Assembly (NCBI RefSeq): GCF_006345805.1
Contig: NW_021824780.1
Location: forward strand, 1 to 17,732
DNA: 17,732 nt
Origin: Octopus sinensis
Lineage: Eukaryota
Direction: 5' to 3'
Position 1 is the stretch's first letter. Each line of letters starts with the position of its first letter. Shown here piece after piece: positions 1-9,195 of the stretch. The notes under the pieces were generated by a model. It had not been told where the DNA came from. It ran no database searches and saw only the letters and a list, made by a program, of their open reading frames with translations. A program made the position numbers and the translations under genes.

Positions 1-24
1 TATAAGTATGTACACAATTGGACA

Positions 25-30
25 TAGAAT

Positions 31-86
<56 letters not shown>

Positions 87-211
87 GATATAATATTTAT
101 ATATATACACATATGCATAGTTGCATGAGTACGAAAAGATATGCTTATATATACATACATACGTACATATACATATATATCTATCTATCTATCGATCGAT
201 CTATCTGTCTG

Positions 212-258
<47 letters not shown>

Positions 259-280
259 CTGTCTCTCTCTCTCTCTCTCA
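25..280. repeat. Compound microsatellite (TA)n / (TCTA)n / (TC)n
   Basis: Directly visible arrays; they account for ORFs 8..418 and 121..303. Confidence 0.95.
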
Positions 281-545
281 CCTTCGAAACGCAGAGTAGA
301 TGAAACCATGGCGACTGAAGAAGGGGAATTTTCCTTGTGTTATTTGTCCTGTACTCTATTTTTTTGTTGTTTAAGAAAAATGTCCATAAGTCGTATTCGA
401 CGAGAGATTGTATCTTAAACACACACACTACATATGTATATATATATATATAAGTAAGGAAAACATTTTTTTTTAAATGCAGAATGCTCAAATGAAAGAA
501 AATTTTAATAAAATGAGAAATTGATAGAGTTGTCTCCCCTTACTC

Positions 546-735
546 ACAACACAGGAACTGAAGAACCAGAACCACAATTACTACTACTTCCTGTCCTGCA
601 AACATGCTGAATTTAACAACACAACACATGCTCTTAATCCCTTGGATCTTAACCCTCAAGGTAATTTTTCGTGAACAACCATAAAACTCAAGACACACAA
701 CGAACTCACATGTATCGGAGAACTTATTTTTTAAT
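546..735 (+). pseudogene. Probable decayed C-terminal tail of a Penelope-like element GIY-YIG endonuclease region
   Basis: One frame reads ELKNQNHNY...HAEFNNTTH...*TTIKLKTHNELTC (stop at 672-674). This resembles, with similar spacing, the recalled PLE tail WELK..N.NY...YNNTTK.C...LNKRNEL..C. A hammerhead relic follows about 100 nt downstream. Motif recall only, no search run. Confidence 0.4.
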
Positions 736-833
736 TTTGGTACATTTTTATCATTATTCTTTTCTTTTACAAAAAACATTGCAATTTCTCTTTTTTCCCC
801 TTTCTAATTTTTAAAAAAACTTTTAAAACATAA

Positions 834-874
834 TATTCTTGACAAGTCATCCAATGACGAAAACCGGTTGAATA
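834..874 (+). ncRNA. Degenerate type I hammerhead ribozyme relic
   Basis: Stem I TATTC(834-838)/GAATA(870-874); core TTGACAA (two transitions from CTGACGA); stem II GTCAT-CCA-ATGAC; GAAA 859-862; palindromic AACCGGTT stem III. Confidence 0.55.
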
Positions 875-1009
875 ATATATATTTATATATTTTATCAATT
901 TCTCATTTTATTAAAATTTCTTTCATTTGAGCATTCTGCATTAAAAAAAAATTTTTTTCCTTACTTATCATTTCTCCACGTGCGGTCGACACAACCCCAC
1001 CATTTATTG

Positions 1010-1012
1010 ATC

Positions 1013-1046
<34 letters not shown>

Positions 1047-1088
1047 ATATGTGTGCGCAAACATACACACACACACACACACCACACA

Positions 1089-1150
<62 letters not shown>
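1010..1150. repeat. (TA)n/(CA)n microsatellite
   Basis: Directly visible. Confidence 0.95.
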
Positions 1151-1154
<4 letters not shown>

Positions 1155-1238
1155 AATAATAATTTGAGGGAACATTATTCCAATAACTTACAATGAAAAT
1201 TCAATTTAGAAATACTAAATCAAATTTCCCAAAATATA

Positions 1239-1269
<31 letters not shown>

Positions 1270-1429
1270 GAACCCACCTTTTATCAATTCAATAATGAAA
1301 ATTAAATTATACCATCTAGAAAATTACATATATAGGAATTTAATAATAAAATAACAAGAATATATCAATGATTACGTAAATTGGAAAATAATAATAAAAA
1401 CGCATATATTTGGTATTTATTATTATTAT

Positions 1430-1519
1430 AACAGTGAAGAAGTTTCAATGAAAATAGTATTACTGGAAAGCAATACTCTCGTATTGCATTACTATTTTCA
1501 TTGAAACTTCTTCACTGTT
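1430..1519. repeat. Perfect 30-bp inverted repeat (90-nt hairpin)
   Basis: 1430-1459 AACAGTGAAGAAGTTTCAATGAAAATAGTA is the exact reverse complement of 1490-1519; inner hairpin GCAATAC-TCTC-GTATTGC at 1470-1487. Confidence 0.95.
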
Positions 1520-1597
1520 CTCGTTCTGTTAACGTTTTGGCGTTCAGACGAGTGTACTGGCATAGATGTGGCAACATTTGAAATATTGGCGAGGTTT

Positions 1598-1671
1598 ATG
1601 CAGCTGATGTGAAGATAAATCAAATATACGTTTGGCAATGTATTTTGAAGAATCTGAAACCGGTACTGCAT
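1598..1671 (+). ncRNA. Type I hammerhead ribozyme-like motif (A9 to U variant), PLE/retrozyme type
   Basis: Stem I ATGCAG(1598-1603)/CTGCAT(1666-1671) perfect 6 bp; core CTGATGT 1604-1610; long imperfect stem II (TCAAATATAC/GTATTTTGA); GAAA 1656-1659; palindromic stem III ACCGGT; GUA triplet, predicted cut after 1665. Confidence 0.7.
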
Positions 1672-1699
1672 TATCCGTTATTAGGTTTTCATTTTTCAG

Positions 1700-1714
1700 A
1701 TGTTCTTCCTAGAG
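1700..1714 (+). other. Candidate 15-nt microexon (ATGTTCTTCCTAGAG)
   Basis: Acceptor TTTTCATTTTTCAG (1686-1699) and donor AG|GTAAGC (1715-1720); length is a multiple of 3; open as DVLPR (phase 1) or MFFLE (phase 0). No partner exons seen. Confidence 0.3.
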
Positions 1715-1974
1715 GTAAGCAATTTTTTTCATGTTGTTGCACACACGCATCTTTACTAGTACATACGCAGTGAAGCTATCATTAGCGTCGTATTTATTAC
1801 GTTCACTATTTTCAGTAAATATCGGTGCTTCGTGGTACCATTTATTTACTTTTATGTATATATATATATTATATATATATATATTATATATATATTGGTA
1901 CTTAAGTATGGTCAGGACATAGTGCTTGTTTTTTTCCATGAGTATGAGTAAGATTCATTTATCTCTTACGTATT

Positions 1975-2031
1975 TATCGCTGAGGAGGAGAAAATTTTAT
2001 GAACTAACTCTGAAATTGGACCAATACGGTA
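1975..2031 (+). ncRNA. Type I hammerhead ribozyme-like motif with canonical core
   Basis: Stem I TATCG(1975-1979)/CGGTA(2027-2031); CTGAGGA 1980-1986; stem II GGAG/CTCT; GAAA 2012-2015; quasi-palindromic stem III ATTGG-A-CCAAT; AUA triplet, predicted cut after 2026. Confidence 0.75.
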
Positions 2032-2167
2032 TTAACGGAATTTTTAGAAATTTCTATCGGTTGTTTCGAGACGCATGTAATAGTGATATATTATAATGGT
2101 TATTGACAATTTGTATATTGTCGGCATATTGGCAATAGAATTTTTCTTTTGCCCTTATTTTATAAGT

Positions 2168-2306
2168 TATATATATATATATATATAATATATAGATTAT
2201 ATATATAGAGAGAGAGAGAGACGAGAAGAGAGGGAGAGAGAGAGATAGATAGATAGATACATACATACATACATACATACATACATACATACATACATAC
2301 ATACAT
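2168..2306. repeat. Compound (TA)n/(GA)n/(GATA)n/(CATA)n microsatellite
   Basis: Directly visible. Confidence 0.95.
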
Positions 2307-2522
2307 AGATATTCCATAAGCTGCCAACGAAAATGTAATCTATCCATGCGTATGGCCAACTGATTTATTTAAACACCTGAGTCCAGGAAGGTAACTATAA
2401 CTTAAAATCGCAACACAAATGAATTAAGTCAACGAACACAGATATATGCACACACCCGTATATATGTGTGCTTATATGTGGACACGAATATACATGCATA
2501 TTTACATAAATTATATGTAGAT

Positions 2523-2559
<37 letters not shown>

Positions 2560-2572
2560 GCTTGTATATATA

Positions 2573-2612
<40 letters not shown>

Positions 2613-2974
2613 CAGAGGGTGCTGCATACTTAAATACCAACAAATTAGGCCAGACGGTCTTTACAAATGAGTGCATTTTGTATTTATTATCATTATTATT
2701 ATTATTATTATCGTGTATTTATTTATTTATTTATTACTTTTGTTGTTATACTTTTATGTTGTTATTCACACCTTTTCAGAATAAATCTTTAAAAACGCTG
2801 ACGTAAAAATTCTTTTCTCCTCACTTAAGATTTATTTATTTATAAATTTATTTCTTTATTTATTTCCGTTTTTCGGTGCTTTCTGATCTCGCTGAGGTTT
2901 TATTTCATGTCTGCTCTTACAGTACTCCATACACAAACCTCTACATGTAGACACCCTTCACACACATGAATATG

Positions 2975-3127
2975 CATCTATCTATCTATTAATCTATCTA
3001 TCATCTATCTCTATCTATCTATCTATCTATCTATCTATATATGATCTCATATCTATCTATCGATCTATCTATCTATCCATCTATCTATCTATCTATCTAC
3101 CTACCTATCTGTCTATCTGTCTGTCTA

Positions 3128-3163
<36 letters not shown>
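2975..3163. repeat. (TCTA)n/(TCTG)n microsatellite
   Basis: Directly visible; the array resumes at about 3568-3704 on the other side of the SINE. Confidence 0.95.
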
Positions 3164-3169
3164 CCTTCC

Positions 3170-3566
3170 CTTTTACTCTTTTACTTGTTTCAGTCATTTG
3201 ACAGTGGCTATGCTGAGGCACCGCCTTTACTCGAGCAAATCGACCCCAGGAATTATTCTTCGTAAGCCTTGTACTTATTCTATCGGGCTCTTTTGCCGAA
3301 CCGCTAAGTTAAGGGACATAAACACACCAGCATCGGTTGTAAAGCAATGTTGGGGAGACAAACATAGACACACAAACGTATACACACACATACATATACA
3401 TATGCATATATATACGACGGCTTCTTTCAGTTTCCGTCTACCAAATCCACTCACAAGGCTTTGGTCGGCCCGCGGCTATAGTAGTAGAAACTTGCTCAAG
3501 CTGCCACAAAGCGGGACTGAACCCGGAACCATGTGGTTCGTAAGCAAGCTACTTACCACACAGCCA
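3170..3566 (-). mobile_element. Near full-length tRNA-derived SINE inserted in a (TCTA)n array
   Basis: Minus strand starts TGGCTGTGTGGTAAG (A box), then GGTTCCGGGTTCAGTCCC (B-box-like), and ends ...GACTGAAACAAGTAAAAGAGTAAAAG. The same 3' tail recurs at 8981-9040. Confidence 0.85.
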
Positions 3567-3666
3567 TTATCTATCTATCTATCTATCTGTCTATCTATCT
3601 ATCTATCTATCTTTTCTATCTATTTATCTATCTATCTATCTATCTATATATATATATATATATATA

Positions 3667-3704
<38 letters not shown>

Positions 3705-3769
3705 GTCCGTTTTTTCTTTCTCTCTTTCCATTCCCCGCTCATTCATTTCTCTCAAAGCATAGGCTCCAT

Positions 3770-4020
3770 ACGTCAAAGTTGCAAAAGCGTGTGAAATGCC
3801 GTTAACCATTTTGGCCATCATGTTAATGATTCTGCCAGTACTCTGCCTTCAGAAAAATGAAAAAAATAATTTTTGGCGAAAAGGGCTCATTAGCAATTTG
3901 ACGGGGAGTGGAAGAGAATAGTCATTAATTCGACCACGACACTTGGCTGTTATTTCATTTCAATGACATCAAAGAATTCGAAGCAAAATTCATCCCAACA
4001 GGATTTAAACCCAGAACAAA
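3770..4020 (-). mobile_element. Two degenerate SINE fragments of the 9196-9418 family
   Basis: GAAATGCCGTTAACCATTTTGGCCATCATGTTAATGATTCTGCCAG matches the 9375-9420 head region; GGATTTAAACCCAGAAC matches GAATTTGAACTCAG. Confidence 0.55.
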
Positions 4021-4055
4021 TACCACAGACCTTTCCAATGATCTAAGGATCTTGC

Positions 4056-4128
4056 ATAATAATAATAATAAATAATAATAATAATATAATAATAATAATA
4101 TGATAATAATGATAATGATAATGAAATG

Positions 4129-4165
<37 letters not shown>

Positions 4166-4286
4166 CATAAATTATATTAATAATAATAATAAAATAATAA
4201 TAATAATAATATAATAATAATAATAATAATAATAATAAGTATGTTTCTTATTAGCCACAATAAAAATTATTATTATTATTGTTATG

Positions 4287-4342
<56 letters not shown>
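4056..4342. repeat. (TAA)n array (4056-4238) facing an (ATT)n array (4266-4342)
   Basis: Directly visible, mutually complementary arrays. Confidence 0.95.
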
Positions 4343-4480
4343 GAAAAAGAAAGCAAACGATGCTGGATGATAGATATAGCATGCCCAGCTGACAAGAAGG
4401 TATGCGATAATGAAGACAGAAAACTCGATATATATAACAGGTTAGCTCGGGAGGTTAAGCAGTTGTGGTCGCTAAAAAAG

Positions 4481-4531
<51 letters not shown>

Positions 4532-4680
4532 CCAACAATTGTCGGAGCGCTGGGAACAATGACTAAAAATCTTGAGAAGTACATCTTGAGAGTGCAGTGG
4601 ATGCATTAAGAGTGGAGCACTTGCAGAAAGCAGCACTGTGTGGAACCGCTCCATTACTCCGGATGATTCTCGAAACTTAA
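4334..4680 (+). pseudogene. 5'-truncated, frameshifted C-terminal restriction-like endonuclease (RLE) domain of an R4/Dong/HERO-type non-LTR retrotransposon
   Basis: Reads IIIEKESKRCWMIDIACPADKKVCDNEDRKLDIYNRLAREVKQLWSLKK(V17)PTIVGALGTMTKNLEKYI, then after a frameshift near 4595 VDALRVEHLQKAALCGTAPLLRMILET* (TAA 4678-4680). This matches the family pattern IIDIAxPxD...EKxxKY.xLAxE...LW...V.P.V.GALG...LQKxALxGTA. Confidence 0.85.
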
Positions 4681-4714
4681 GTGGGGTTACCTTAGTTCCC
4701 TGGTAGTGAACAGC

Positions 4715-4947
4715 TATAGTGATCAAATGTATGTGCCGCACATTAGCTCACTCTCTTCATCAAATCGACGTTGTCTGAACAGGTGCGCAGTGTGCCGCAA
4801 CGCGACAGGTGTCGATGTGAAGGCAGAGCAAGGTGAGATAATGGGTTTTGGCTAAAGAACAACGCACCAACCCGGTCGCAGAGTCGAAACCACGATCTCG
4901 CGATCATGAGTGTAACACCCTAACCACCAGGCCTTAGGCCTACACGC
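4715..4947 (-). mobile_element. tRNA-derived SINE, second family
   Basis: Minus-strand A box TGGTGGTTAGGG (4929-4918) and B box GGTTTCGACTC (4891-4881); it appears to cut off the 3' UTR of the RLE element. Confidence 0.75.
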
Positions 4948-4948
4948 A

Positions 4949-5039
4949 TAATGATGGTAATAATAAGAATAATAATAATAATAATAATAATAACAACAAC
5001 AACAACAACGACAACGACGACGACGACGTCGACAATGAC

Positions 5040-5083
<44 letters not shown>

Positions 5084-5126
5084 CGATGATGATGACGATG
5101 ACGATGATGATGATGATGATGATAAT
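4949..5126. repeat. Compound trinucleotide array TAA-CAA-CGA-TGA
   Basis: Directly visible. Confidence 0.95.
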
Positions 5127-5683
5127 AGAATGCCCTGATGCAGTGCCAGGCAGTGACTTTCATGGCTTCTCATCTTAACTGATTGGAAGTGTTATCATGT
5201 ACATTGTTTTGTCTTGGTACAAAAGATGGGCTACAGCAAATATTCTGCTCAATACCACAGATTTGCTTGTCTGTTGTTTGACCTTAACCAGTTGAGCATG
5301 TCCCTTAGTGGCTGACGATATGTGCATTTCTGGTCGCGAGCAGAAGTAGTTGGGGAGCATCATAGCTATGTGTTGAGAGAGATTCTTGGAGGTTTGGATA
5401 ATTCAACTTTGGAAACATGGGTGTTTCGTTCAACATCCTTATACAACCCTTATTCAGAGACCTTTTGAGCGGGATGGGTTACTCCTCGACCAGAAGAAAA
5501 TTCTAGCTGGGCCCCACCTGCAACGTCATGTACTGTTTATCTTGATATGAAATCATGTCGCGCACATATGGTTGTGATGCATGTGCCTGGTGTACCCTTA
5601 TCAGACGGGTAGTCATGATGGGTATACTGGACTTCGTATATTTCACTCGTGTCACTTTGCTGGCATGCACTGCTCTCTCACTC
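5127..5683. mobile_element. Unclassified about 556-bp interspersed repeat embedded in a TAA-type array (possible UTR or non-autonomous derivative of a microsatellite-targeting retroelement)
   Basis: Complex, GC-richer block with sharp boundaries, ending ...CTCTCTCACTC directly into (AAT)n. I recall it as an abundant octopus repeat; no coding homology recognised. Confidence 0.5.
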
Positions 5684-5732
<49 letters not shown>

Positions 5733-5980
5733 TAATGATAATAATAATAATAATAAATAATAATAATATAATAATAATAGGATAATAATAATAATATAAT
5801 AATAAAAATAATAATAATAATAAAAAAAAATATAATAATAATAATATAATAAATAATAATAAATAATAATAATAATAATAATAAATAATAATAATAATAA
5901 TAATCATAATAATAATAATAATAATAATAATATATAATATAATAATAATAATAATAATGATAATAATGATATAACAATAA
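5684..5980. repeat. (AAT)n array
   Basis: Directly visible. Confidence 0.95.
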
Positions 5981-5981
5981 T

Positions 5982-6171
5982 GGTTCTAATTTTTGCACAA
6001 GGCCAGCATTGTAGAAGTTGAATTTAGACGAGTAAATCCATCCCAGTTTCTTTATGTCACTTTATTCCATCGCTCTTGGCAAAGTTGACCTCAGTACTAG
6101 AACGCTTAGAGTCGGTTGAAACAATGTAAGACATTTTTTTCCGACGTTCGATGGATTCTGCCAATCTACCG
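5982..6171 (-). mobile_element. Degenerate SINE of the 9196-9418 family
   Basis: GGCAAAGTTGACCTC and GATTCTGCCA match 9325-9339 and 9410-9419; tail GGTTCTAATTTTTGCACAAGGCC. Confidence 0.6.
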
Positions 6172-6344
6172 TTCAAAGGAATTTAATGTGGTCAACATAA
6201 ATATGGCTTCCATGATACCGTTATATCGCTGGAATGTTGTTGGATTGGTCGCAAAATAAAGTGATGCATTTTACAGAAGAACAAGAAAAATTAAAACTAT
6301 GAAATGAAGGCTTCATCTTTAGGGAAATGTCATGAAGCAGAGAA

Positions 6345-6662
6345 GGCACTTGTCTCAGTGGTAAGAGTATTTGGCACTCTATCGTAACGACATGAGTTCG
6401 ATTCCTGGCGGCATGTTTAATTCTTGAACAAGACGATTTATTTCACTTTACGCCAGTTCACTCAGATAGCCAAGATGAATTGTACCCGAAGTTAAATGGG
6501 CTAGCTTTGATACACTAAGTGTGTCACACTGACTCTCCCTGAAAGCTACGATAAGTGTATGCGTTTCTATGGAGATTTCTCATCCACCTGTACGCTACTT
6601 TCACGTACAGGCTGCTCCGTTGACCGAATCGGCTGGAACACATGTCATCGTAACCAACGGAG
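6345..6662 (+). mobile_element. tRNA-derived SINE with a CORE-like central domain, aged
   Basis: A box TCTCAGTGGTAAGAG, B box GAGTTCGATTCC, then TTCTTGAACAAGACGATTTATTTCAC resembling CORE-type domains. Confidence 0.7.
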
Positions 6663-6685
6663 ATATATATATATATATATATATA

Positions 6686-6738
<53 letters not shown>

Positions 6739-6799
6739 GAGACAGACAGACAGACAGACAGAGAATTTATCTATACATATATGTGACAATTAGTTGGTT

Positions 6800-6870
6800 G
6801 TCATTTTAAAACTCAGAGTTTCGGATGCCGGGGCTGAAGTCTGCTCTGGCATCTCATCAGTTATTAAGAC
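6800..6870 (-). ncRNA. Type I hammerhead ribozyme-like motif, intact core, weak stem I
   Basis: Minus strand GTCTTAATAA-CTGATGA-GATGCC..GGCATC-C-GAAA-CTC-T-GAG-T-T-TTAAAATGAC; palindromic stem III AAACTCTGAGTTT; GUU triplet. Confidence 0.75.
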
Positions 6871-7073
6871 AAATGCTATGAAAAAATAACCGTTGAATAA
6901 AGTGAAATTACTCCAATAGGCATACGGAAATTAATACTTCGTTCAGAGAATCCACATATGCAGACATATGCACACACACAGACACACATACACGTACGCA
7001 CACACACACATGTATCTATATATATCTATATACATACCCACACACGCGTGTACGCATACATACAAAAACACAT

Positions 7074-7138
7074 ATAATAACTGATGAGATGCCGGAGCAG
7101 ACTTCAGTCCCGGCCTCCAAAAATTTGAGTCTTATTGT
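7074..7138 (+). ncRNA. Inverted partner hammerhead-like motif, G12 mutated
   Basis: Stem I ATAATAA/TTATTGT; CTGATGA 7081-7087; stem II GCCGG/CCGGC; AAAA instead of GAAA at 7119; GUC triplet, predicted cut after 7131. Confidence 0.7.
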
Positions 7139-7158
7139 CAACCGCCTAAATATAACAG

Positions 7159-7189
<31 letters not shown>

Positions 7190-7408
7190 AGTGCGTGTGT
7201 GTGTATAATACAAACGTTTATGTGTGTACGAGTACATAGATATGTGCTCATACAGACACACAAATACACGCACAACCACACATACGCAAAAGTACCGTTG
7301 AGGGGCGGAGTTAAAAATGGTAAACACCAGCTGTCATCAAACCTTTATAGTCTATCATATCTTAATATATTTGTCACTGTAAAACACATACACACAGACA
7401 TAGACAGA

Positions 7409-7485
<77 letters not shown>

Positions 7486-7803
7486 CACACAAACACAGAC
7501 ACACATACATGCATGCAGATACATTAATATACAAAACAAACACAAAATGATATACACATATCCCTTTCTTAAAAGTCAACAGCTAACGTCTTTGTCGCTT
7601 ATATCTTTGCCGTACAAAAATAAATACATTTAGTTGGTCCAAAGTAAATTAGAAATAAATTACTTCAATATCACTTCAGTGAATTCAAGGGATCGCTGGC
7701 CTGGGTATTACAAAGTAACTAGCGGTTACCCGTAAAAATTCCTTGGTTGTTAAACATACTCTTGAAAATCCCAGGCGTGATAAATTTTCTGTTTTATTTA
7801 TAG

Positions 7804-8176
7804 CTAGCAGTATCGCACGGCGTTGCTCGGGTTTGTTTCGACCCTTTAGAATTGGAATTTCTGAAAAGTAAAAAGTTTGCATTATGTAGCTTGTTATTCC
7901 CTTTAAGTGAACATTTTTCTGGTTGAACTACACCGAAAAATGGCAACATAGCAGTCAAAAAATCGTAAAAAATAGGGATTTTCATAGAAAAAAAAGCACC
8001 TTTTTAGGTAAATAATTTTTGGTGTTAAGATGGTCCGATTTGAATTTTATCTTCTACGGAATGAAGAGCAAGCCTTCTTCTATCATACTCTCAATGTTGG
8101 TCAACTTGCGCCGCAGTGTTAGTTGAAGGCTACCAAACCTGCCATACACAGACAACTTCAGCTTTATATATATAGA
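7804..8176 (-). mobile_element. Non-autonomous Helitron-like element (373 bp)
   Basis: Minus-strand 5' end A|TCTATATATATAAAGCTGAAGTTGTCTG; 3' end CCCGAGCAACGCCGTG imperfect hairpin followed by CGATACTG-CTAG. Confidence 0.75.
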
Positions 8177-8980
8177 TTACTTGCAACAGACTTAATAAAA
8201 TACGTATTTGTTTTTATCATAGCCCAGCGTTTTCTCCTCATATTTTCTCACAGTCCAGCGTCCTAGTTTTTAAATACATGTAACATTATGAACTGAGCCT
8301 GAACGATTGTTTGGGGATATATGACAAGTTATATACATGAACCAATTTAATGTATCTTAAAGCATGAAACTATCTGCAGCACTTTTGTAATTGTGTATAT
8401 AAAATGATATTTATTTCTCACTGGATGAAACTCTTTTTTTGTTGATCCTACGTGTAATGAAAATGTAAACGATATATATATTTGTGTGTGTGAGTGTGTG
8501 TTTGTGTGTGCGTGTTGTGGGTGCGCGTGTGTGTATGTGTATGTGTGTGCCTGTGTTTGTGCAAGTGTATGTGTGTATGTGTGGTATTTGTGTGTTTGGG
8601 TGTGGTGTATTGTATTTGGTCTGCAAGGTTATTGATGATAAAGACTTTGTTGTGACTCGGGAGAATCTTTATAGCAATGATTATCACACGCGCTGGTTCT
8701 GTTTTACTTCATCTATTATTCGCCAACTAGTTAACCATCTAATAAATTAACTAATCAGTTCCTTGATTAATTGTTCGGTCAATCAGTCAATCCGATAATA
8801 CCGTCTGAGTCCTTTTTGTTGCCCTTTAACGATGATATGAACGACATGCTCCTGTAATTCTGACCGATTCACCAAGCAATCGCTTATTTGATTAGGTAAA
8901 TGGTTAACGCAGTGAAACACAACTAATGCTTGTGATTCGCTATTGGCATAACAACTCTTCCAATATATAACAGCATATAT

Positions 8981-9040
8981 AAAGGCGGTGCTCCAGCATG
9001 GCCACAGTCAAATGACTGAAACAAGTAAAAGAGTAAAAGA
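8981..9040 (+). mobile_element. SINE 3' tail fragment (family of 3170-3566)
   Basis: AAAGGCGGTGCTCCAGCATGGCCACAGTCAAATGACTGAAACAAGTAAAAGAGTAAAAG is the near reverse complement of 3170-3228. Confidence 0.85.
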
Positions 9041-9146
9041 GAGATATGTATGTGTGTGTTTATGTATCTGTGCGTGCGTCTGCAGGAGTGTAAACATGCG
9101 TGGTAGGCATACAAACATGTGGAATTTACCTATTGTTCCGTAGATT

Positions 9147-9181
9147 GAAATCTGTTTCGATCCTTATTCGGATCTTATCAG
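9147..9181 (-). ncRNA. Hammerhead-like relic (core plus stem II only)
   Basis: Minus strand CTGATAA-GATCC-GAATAA-GGATC-GAAA-CAGATTTC; perfect 5-bp stem II, G8 to A; stems I and III not preserved. Confidence 0.4.
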
Positions 9182-9195
9182 AGCTGCCCACATAC

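Noticed and set aside
281-336. GAAACGCAGAGTA followed by CTGAAGAAGGGG as a type II hammerhead
   Set aside because: The intervening 299-314 cannot form stem I and stem III has a mismatch; at best two unrelated half-relics.
557-563. CTGAAGA core match
   Set aside because: No stem II or GAAA follows; it lies within the putative endonuclease relic.
2610-2680. TACAGAGGGTG as a Tc1/mariner TIR
   Set aside because: No matching inverted end found.
5312-5345. CTGACGA core match
   Set aside because: No GAAA or stems in register.
7119-7119. ADAR editing of the A opposite C6822 restoring ribozyme G12
   Set aside because: The A-C mismatch does exist in the fold-back, but stem III is also broken (C7123A), inosine is not equivalent to G12, and the duplex would prevent ribozyme folding.
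7719-7750. Additional Helitron 3' end (CTAGCGGTTACCCG...)
   Set aside because: The terminator hairpin is too degenerate and no 5' end can be assigned.
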